A stretch of DNA of 61,820 nucleotides from contig NZ_JAZKTR010000001.1 of the NCBI RefSeq assembly GCF_036625485.1, forward strand, positions 1-61,820. Reading direction: 5' to 3'. The stretch is from Natronomonas sp. GTDB lineage: Archaea > Halobacteriota > Halobacteria > Halobacteriales > Haloarculaceae. The position numbers were made by a program, and so were the translations under genes. The notes under the pieces are model-generated. The model had not been told where the DNA came from. It saw nothing but the letters and a program-made list of their open reading frames with translations, and searched no databases. This document shows, piece after piece, positions 56,595-61,820 of the stretch; positions within the stretch are counted from its first letter, which is position 1; every line of letters starts with the position of its first letter.

Positions 56595-57508
56595 GGGAAC
56601 CGGCCGGGTCCGCCGGGACCGTTACCGCCGCGACCGGGACCGAGGTTCAGCCGCCGCGGGCCGCCGCGGACGCGGTCCTTGACGCGGTTGCCGTACCACA
56701 GGCCGATGACGAGGCCGGTGAGGTGTGCGAAGTGGGCGACGCCGCCGAGGACGCTCCCGGAGGCGACCGCGAAAAGCGAGAAGGCCGCAAAGAGGATCGT
56801 CAGCGTCCGGATGGACATCGGGATGAAGAAGAACAGGAGGACCTTCAGGTCCGGCGCGGTGATCGAGAGGACGCCCATGATCGCCATCAGCGCGCCGGAG
56901 GCGCCGAGAACGCGGACCGTTTCGCCGGTGCCGAGGCCGAGGCCGACCTGTGCGAGGCCGGCGAGCATGCCGCTGACGAGGAACAGCGCGGTGAACTTCT
57001 TCGAGCCGATCTGCCGCTCGACTATCGGTCCGAAAAAGTACAGCGCGATGCCGTTGAAAAGCAGGTGAGTCGGCCCGCCGTGGGCGAATACCGAGACGAC
57101 CCACGTCCAGACGTATTCGGGGTGGGCAGTCGTGAGCGTGAAGATCTCGTACCAGCGGGGTGAGCCGATGCCGATCCCGACAAGCGGCGCGATGAGGTAC
57201 TGGAACCCGAAGACGACGACGATGATGCCGAGGAACAGATACGAGACGTTGTTCCGGAAGTAGCCGAGAGGGCCACCAGCGCCGGTGTCGATGCCGACCT
57301 TACTCAGCGTACTCTCCGAGCGGCTGCCGCGTTGCTCGACGGAGTCGTCGAAGCCGCTATCGAAGACGCCTTGCGGGTCGTTCCAGTCTTCCAGACCCGG
57401 ACAGCCGTGGTTCTCCGGCAGGCGGTGTTCGCTGCAGTAGGTCCCGCCGCAATGCCGGCAGTTGTACGGCATGTTCTCGTGGGCCCCACAGACGTCGCAC
57501 TTGGCCAT
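56591..57508 (-). CDS. Rhomboid protease with N-terminal AN1-type zinc finger
   Basis: CDVC...CRHC...CSEH...HGC; HLLFN, GASG, AHLTG; overlaps nfi start. Confidence 0.92.
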   Translation of the reverse strand: MAKCDVCGAHENMPYNCRHCGGTYCSEHRLPENHGCPGLEDWNDPQGVFDSGFDDSVEQRGSRSESTLSKVGIDTGAGGPLGYFRNNVSYLFLGIIVVVFGFQYLIAPLVGIGIGSPRWYEIFTLTTAHPEYVWTWVVSVFAHGGPTHLLFNGIALYFFGPIVERQIGSKKFTALFLVSGMLAGLAQVGLGLGTGETVRVLGASGALMAIMGVLSITAPDLKVLLFFFIPMSIRTLTILFAAFSLFAVASGSVLGGVAHFAHLTGLVIGLWYGNRVKDRVRGGPRRLNLGPGRGGNGPGGPGRFP

Positions 57509-57659
57509 TACCCCGTCGTAGCCGTCGAGTCGGCAAAGTCGTTGGGATGTGTGGCAATCCCACTGCACGGCCGGGGGCGGCGGGGGTTTCGGTTCGATTC
57601 GCCCCCGCCAACCGTGCTGCAGCGGTCAGGGTTAACCCCCTTCATCCGGTAGTTCTCCT

Positions 57660-58085
57660 ATGGCACCTCATCTCGGTCACGTCCATCTGAAGGTCCGCGA
57701 TATCGACCGCGCGGTCGAGTTCTACACCGACGTGTTCGGTCTCGCGGTCACCGAACGGGTCGGCCGGTACGCGTTCTGCTCGTTCGGCGAACACCACCAC
57801 GACGTCGCCCTGCAGGGGGTCGGCGACGAGGCCCCCGAGTCCGAGCCGGGCGTCGGGCTGTATCACGCCGCGTTCGAGATCGAGGATGCGGCGGAACTGC
57901 GTTCGGTCTACGAGACGCTCCGGGAACGCGGCGTCGACGTCTCGCCGGTCGACCACGGCATCAGCAAGGCACTCTACTTCGATGACCCGTCGGGTAACGG
58001 TCTGGAGGTGTACCTCGACACGCGCGAATCCGTCGAGGAGGAGTGGGCCGGTACGAACCGCCGGTTCGACCCGACGGCGCTGTAG
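57660..58085 (+). CDS. VOC/glyoxalase family protein
   Basis: GHVHLKV, FYTDVFG, GLYHAAF, YFDDPSGNGLE. Confidence 0.9.
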   Translation: MAPHLGHVHLKVRDIDRAVEFYTDVFGLAVTERVGRYAFCSFGEHHHDVALQGVGDEAPESEPGVGLYHAAFEIEDAAELRSVYETLRERGVDVSPVDHGISKALYFDDPSGNGLEVYLDTRESVEEEWAGTNRRFDPTAL

Positions 58086-58113
58086 GCCGTCGGGGAGTCG
58101 GTACGGGTTCGGC

Positions 58114-58551
58114 CTATTTCACCTCGAAGGCGTCGGGCGGTTGCCCGGCGCGTTCGAGCACCTCGTCGGAGACGCGAATCGGGCAGTCGACCCGGAGGGC
58201 GATGGCGATGGCGTCGCTCGGGCGGGCATCGAGGACGACCTCCCGGCGCTCGCCGTCGGCGTATCGCTCGGCGTCGATCTTCGCGAGGAACGTGTTCTCC
58301 GCGAGGTCGTCGATGCGGACGCGGTCGATGGCCCCGCCGAACTCGGTGAGCATCTCCACGAACAGGTCGTGGGTCAGCGGCCGCTGGAAGGGGCGGTCCT
58401 CCAGCGCGTGCGAGATGGATTTGGCCTGGTCGGCGCTGATGAAGATGGGAATCGCCTCATCGCGTGCCCGTAGCACGACGACCGGAGCGCCTTCGTCGCC
58501 CCCCTCTTCGACGCTTACCCCGAGGCCGTGGACGGTCGCCTCGTGTGTCAT
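58114..58551 (-). CDS. Bifunctional nuclease (DUF151) family protein
   Basis: RPLTHDL, DARPSDAIAIALR. Confidence 0.92.
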   Translation of the reverse strand: MTHEATVHGLGVSVEEGGDEGAPVVVLRARDEAIPIFISADQAKSISHALEDRPFQRPLTHDLFVEMLTEFGGAIDRVRIDDLAENTFLAKIDAERYADGERREVVLDARPSDAIAIALRVDCPIRVSDEVLERAGQPPDAFEVK

Positions 58552-58613
58552 CGTATACCAATCGGGCGAGCGGCACCAAAACTTTTCGCACGATGGGGTC
58601 CCACACCAACGGT

Positions 58614-58943
58614 ATGAGCGACCCCTACGTCGTCGTCATCAAGCCGTCGGCCCGCCGCGTCAGCCGTCGGGCGGGCGAATGGGTCGCAAACGAGGGCCGT
58701 TTCAGGGCCTTCGATTCGAAGGCGTTGGCTCGCGAGTGGGCCCGCGAGGCGAGCCCGCAGGGCCGCACGTTGTGGGTCCAGAACGCCCATCCGAAAGATG
58801 ACGGGCCCGCGGACGGCTATCTGCTGGCTCGGGCCAGTCGCCTCAGAAGTAACGAAACGGAGTTGCCCGGCGAGCAGCGGGCCTTCGGCGACCTACTCGC
58901 CGACGGGCAACGGAACCCGGGGCCGAAAGCAGACCGGTCCTGA
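58614..58943 (+). CDS. Hypothetical protein
   Basis: MSDPYVVVIKPSAR...FDSKALAREWA...QNAHPKD...ADGYL; fills the gap between neighbours. Confidence 0.7.
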   Translation: MSDPYVVVIKPSARRVSRRAGEWVANEGRFRAFDSKALAREWAREASPQGRTLWVQNAHPKDDGPADGYLLARASRLRSNETELPGEQRAFGDLLADGQRNPGPKADRS

Positions 58944-59066
58944 AAGCGCCGGTCGGCCGTCGGCGGGTACATCCCCACCCCGCTTGCGCGGCCCCGACCA
59001 AATGGTACGGGGCGGGGGAGCATTATGTTACCCCGTGCAATCGTTGCACGGTGTGCACACCTGGCC

Positions 59067-59861
59067 TCAGAACGCCTCGACCGTGAGGGGTGTCGCCCCC
59101 TCGAGATACTCCTCGTAGGCGCTCTCGGCCCATTCGCGGACGCGCTCGTCGGTTACCTCCAACAGCGCCCGGGGAAAGCCCTCGTCGTCCTCGACGCCGA
59201 TCTGGACGATCTCGCCGTCCGCGATGCCGAGATAGAAGGGCGGCTCGTCGTTCGCTTCGAGCACCGTCAGCCGACCCGTCTCCAGCTTCTCGCGGAACAG
59301 CGGCGCAAACTCCCCGGCGGTGATCGTCTCCTCGACCGAGGGCGAGACGACGATCTCGGCTTCGAGGACGCCGCTCGTGATCTGGTCGTGGACGAGTTTC
59401 GAGCCTTCGAGGTCGATAGACGGGAACAGCCCCCGGAACCGCTTGGCCTCCCGGAGGAGTTCGGTCTGCGTTCTGGCGGGCGTGTAGGGGTCGCCCTCCG
59501 AGGGGGTCACGACCGTCGCCGCCGACAGCGCCGCGGTATCGAGGTCGAACTGCTCGGTCGGGAACCACCGGAGGAACGGCGCGAGGCTCTCGGCGGCTTC
59601 GACGGTTTCGGCGAACCGCCGCGTGGCCTCGATGACCTGCTGGCCGACCGGAGACAGTCGATAGGTGTCCTCGGTGTTTCGCACCCAGCCGCGGTCCTGA
59701 AAGGCGGTGAGCGCTCTCGCGACCGTCGACCGCGAGGTATCGAGGTCGTCCCTGAGTTCCCGCTGGGTCGCCGGGCCCTCCTCACGTAACCGCTCCAGCA
59801 ACCGCACCCGCGTCTCCGAGCGGGTCAGAAAGGAGATGCTGTCTATCGTTGCTTGCTCCAT
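59067..59861 (-). CDS. HTH transcriptional regulator (DUF1724/FilR1-like)
   Basis: FLTRSETRVRLL, SRSTVARAL HTH; acidic C-terminal domain ending REWAESAYEEY. Confidence 0.85.
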   Translation of the reverse strand: MEQATIDSISFLTRSETRVRLLERLREEGPATQRELRDDLDTSRSTVARALTAFQDRGWVRNTEDTYRLSPVGQQVIEATRRFAETVEAAESLAPFLRWFPTEQFDLDTAALSAATVVTPSEGDPYTPARTQTELLREAKRFRGLFPSIDLEGSKLVHDQITSGVLEAEIVVSPSVEETITAGEFAPLFREKLETGRLTVLEANDEPPFYLGIADGEIVQIGVEDDEGFPRALLEVTDERVREWAESAYEEYLEGATPLTVEAF

Positions 59862-59946
59862 TCGATTGGACCGTGAAGCCTCGCGAATAAAGTATCTGTC
59901 CCGTGTCCCCGCCACGTTTTAATATCGACCACGGGACAGCATCGGT

Positions 59947-60735
59947 ATGGAATCGGTTGGCACGGGACTGGCGGCGATCGACTACGAACTCCCGCGGGCG
60001 GATGTCTACCTCTCGCGGCCCGACAAACGCAACGCGATGACCGTCGACCTGATGCGGGACCTGACGACCGCCTTCGAACAGGTCAGCGAAAACGACGACG
60101 TGCGCGCGATAACACTGCTCGGTGAGGGCCCCGTCTTCTGTGCGGGGATGGACCTGGAGATGATGCGCGACCGGGTCGAAGAGGATTCGGACATCGAGCG
60201 GGAGGTCTTTCCCGACCTGCTCGATGCCATCGAGAACGCCCGCCAGCCGGTCGTCGCGGGTATCAAACAGGCTGCTCCCGCCGGCGCTTTCGAGTTGACG
60301 CTGCCCTGCGACTTCCGCGTCCTCGGAGAGGCGGCGACCTACGGCGTCATCGAGGTGAAACTCGGAACCTTCCCCCACGGCGGCGCGACCCAGCGGCTGC
60401 CACGGTTGGTCGGCCTCTCGAAGGCCAAGGAACTCGTCCTGACCGGCGAGTTCATCGACCCAGAGGAGGCACTGGACTGCGGGCTGGTCCACGAGGTCTG
60501 CGAGGACGAGGCGGTCGACGACCGTGCGCGAGCCTTCGCCGACCGCCTCTGTGAGAACGCACCGCTGGGGCTCCGACAGGGCAAGAAAGCTCTCAATGCG
60601 GCCTTCGAGATGCCGCTCCAGCAGGGCCTCGAACTCGAACGCTCGCTGGGCCAGAAACTCGACGACACCCACGACTACCGGGAGGGATTCGAAGCCCGAA
60701 TCGAGGACCGAGAGCCGGAGTTCCGCGGCGAATAG
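59947..60735 (+). CDS. Enoyl-CoA hydratase/isomerase
   Basis: RPDKRNA, FCAGMDL, AGAFEL, EVKLG.FP.GGATQRL. Confidence 0.93.
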   Translation: MESVGTGLAAIDYELPRADVYLSRPDKRNAMTVDLMRDLTTAFEQVSENDDVRAITLLGEGPVFCAGMDLEMMRDRVEEDSDIEREVFPDLLDAIENARQPVVAGIKQAAPAGAFELTLPCDFRVLGEAATYGVIEVKLGTFPHGGATQRLPRLVGLSKAKELVLTGEFIDPEEALDCGLVHEVCEDEAVDDRARAFADRLCENAPLGLRQGKKALNAAFEMPLQQGLELERSLGQKLDDTHDYREGFEARIEDREPEFRGE

Positions 60736-60791
60736 GACTCGACACACGAAACTGCCATAAGATACTTTCAGGCTCAGCGATAGGATTCGGT

Positions 60792-61271
60792 ATGCGCTTG
60801 TCACCGCTGGCTATCGGCCTCGCCGTGTTACTGACGGTCAGTCTGGCGGGGATGCCCGCCGCCGCTGCGGTTCAGGAAAGCGACAACAGTACCGACGCCG
60901 AGGACGTCGCCGCGGCGTACAACGAGAACGTCGATGACCTCCCGGACGTCATCAAGAACCGGGCGACGAACGAGCGAGTCGAGTTGACCATCGAGACGTC
61001 CGACGGCGAGACGGTGACCTACACCGCTATCACCGACGACGAGGCTCGGGTCACGGAGCTTCGAGAGGGCAGCCACGACCCCACTCTCCGCGTGAGTACC
61101 GACGAGGAGACCATCCGCGAGGTCGCCAATGCGGATAATACGAGCGCGGCCGCCTCCGAGGCCTACGAATCCGGCGACATTCAGATCGAAGGCGTCGGCG
61201 TGGTCAACAGCGTCACCGTCGAGGTTGTGAAGGTCGGCCACAGCATCGGCTCGTCGCTCGGCCTCCTGTAA
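60792..61271 (+). CDS. Secreted hypothetical protein (possible SCP2-like fold)
   Basis: Signal peptide; PTLRVSTDEETI...AYESGDIQIEG. Confidence 0.75.
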   Translation: MRLSPLAIGLAVLLTVSLAGMPAAAAVQESDNSTDAEDVAAAYNENVDDLPDVIKNRATNERVELTIETSDGETVTYTAITDDEARVTELREGSHDPTLRVSTDEETIREVANADNTSAAASEAYESGDIQIEGVGVVNSVTVEVVKVGHSIGSSLGLL

Positions 61272-61344
61272 GCGGGCGTCGCTACTTCCGATATCACCGT
61301 CCCGCTAACGAGGCGTTTTTCTCGCTGGCTCCCCAACCTCGGAT

Positions 61345-61584
61345 ATGGACGACACCGACGGGGGGTTCCGGAAGGGGCGCAAGACGGCGACGTTCGTCAT
61401 CCTCCCCTTCGTCGCACTCGGCATCGGCAACCTGATCCTCATCCTGCTGTGGGGTCTCGACCCGCTGTGGGGCTTCCTCGTGTTACCGCCGATCATCTTC
61501 ATCTCCGCTCTCGGCTGGATCGCCATCCGTGGCGGGATCGGTGAAGACCGGACCGGCGAGAGCGACTACGACGGCAGCGTCTAG
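61345..61584 (+). CDS. Small two-TM protein
   Basis: Two hydrophobic helices with acidic termini. Confidence 0.75.
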   Translation: MDDTDGGFRKGRKTATFVILPFVALGIGNLILILLWGLDPLWGFLVLPPIIFISALGWIAIRGGIGEDRTGESDYDGSV

Positions 61585-61639
61585 GAACTGTTGATTTATG
61601 AAGCAGTTTTAAATGGGACAGCCGGACCACCGCTACTCT

Positions 61640-61815
61640 CTCCGAAGCCCTCGGCCGGCTGGCGGTCGTTCAGCGACATATCCTCACTCCGTTCGGATAG
61701 GGGTCGCTGAACGACTCCACTCCGTCGCCACCCGGGCGGGCGGCAAAGCCGCCCGCCTGTCACGTGGCGGCCTGCGGCCGCCTCGAATGGAGACGGCTTC
61801 GCCGTCTCCCAGCCC
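61640..61815. repeat. Multi-hairpin intergenic element (REP/MITE-like)
   Basis: Stacked hairpins GGCGGGCGGC-AAA-GCCGCCCGCC, GGCGGCC-TGC-GGCCGCC and GGAGACGGC-TTC-GCCGTCTCC. Confidence 0.55.
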
Positions 61816-61820
61816 GCGCA

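Noticed and set aside
55857-57508. Rhomboid-endonuclease V operon as a novel system
   Set aside because: The AN1-rhomboid/endV linkage is already described in Haloferax volcanii.
57570-57610. tRNA-like GGTTCGATTC...CCA stretch
   Set aside because: The T-stem does not pair and no cloverleaf forms; it is just a GC hairpin between divergent genes.
1-61820. CRISPR arrays, IS elements, prophage or defence systems
   Set aside because: No repeat-spacer arrays, transposases, integrases, viral genes or recognisable defence genes were seen.

Overview
GC-rich chromosomal segment from a halophilic archaeon (class Halobacteria; very acidic proteins, many apparently leaderless genes). The genus cannot be fixed from sequence alone. 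1-18.1 kb is housekeeping: smc-scpA, a purine-salvage cluster, ppsA, mfnA, metG and nfeD. 40.7-61.8 kb is also housekeeping: SPFH, thermosome, Get3/ArsA, glycerate kinase, endonuclease V-rhomboid and others. Between them, separating the normally adjacent nfeD and SPFH genes, is a ~22.5 kb block (18.2-40.6 kb) devoted to reactive-sulfur and thiol chemistry. It encodes an SQR-like flavoprotein with TusA and DUF1641, a cysteine-free class V PLP enzyme resembling cystine C-S lyase, DsrE plus a second TusA, and a rhodanese-persulfide dioxygenase fusion. It also encodes a YeeE/YedE pair, a divergent PiT-family permease, TauE, Trx/TrxB, DsbA with two CxxC membrane proteins, a truncated globin, halocyanin, a CxxC-bearing USP and a two-Cys HTH regulator. 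Reading the intergenic DNA by eye shows a recurring palindrome, TATTG-N11-CAA(T/A)A, in at least 7 promoter regions of the block, including the regulator's own. This points to a candidate archaeal sulfide/persulfide-sensing regulon, which is the main finding. Several small ORFs missing from the ORF track were also found. No tRNA, rRNA, CRISPR array, transposase or integrase was seen. All family calls come from motif recognition, not database searches.
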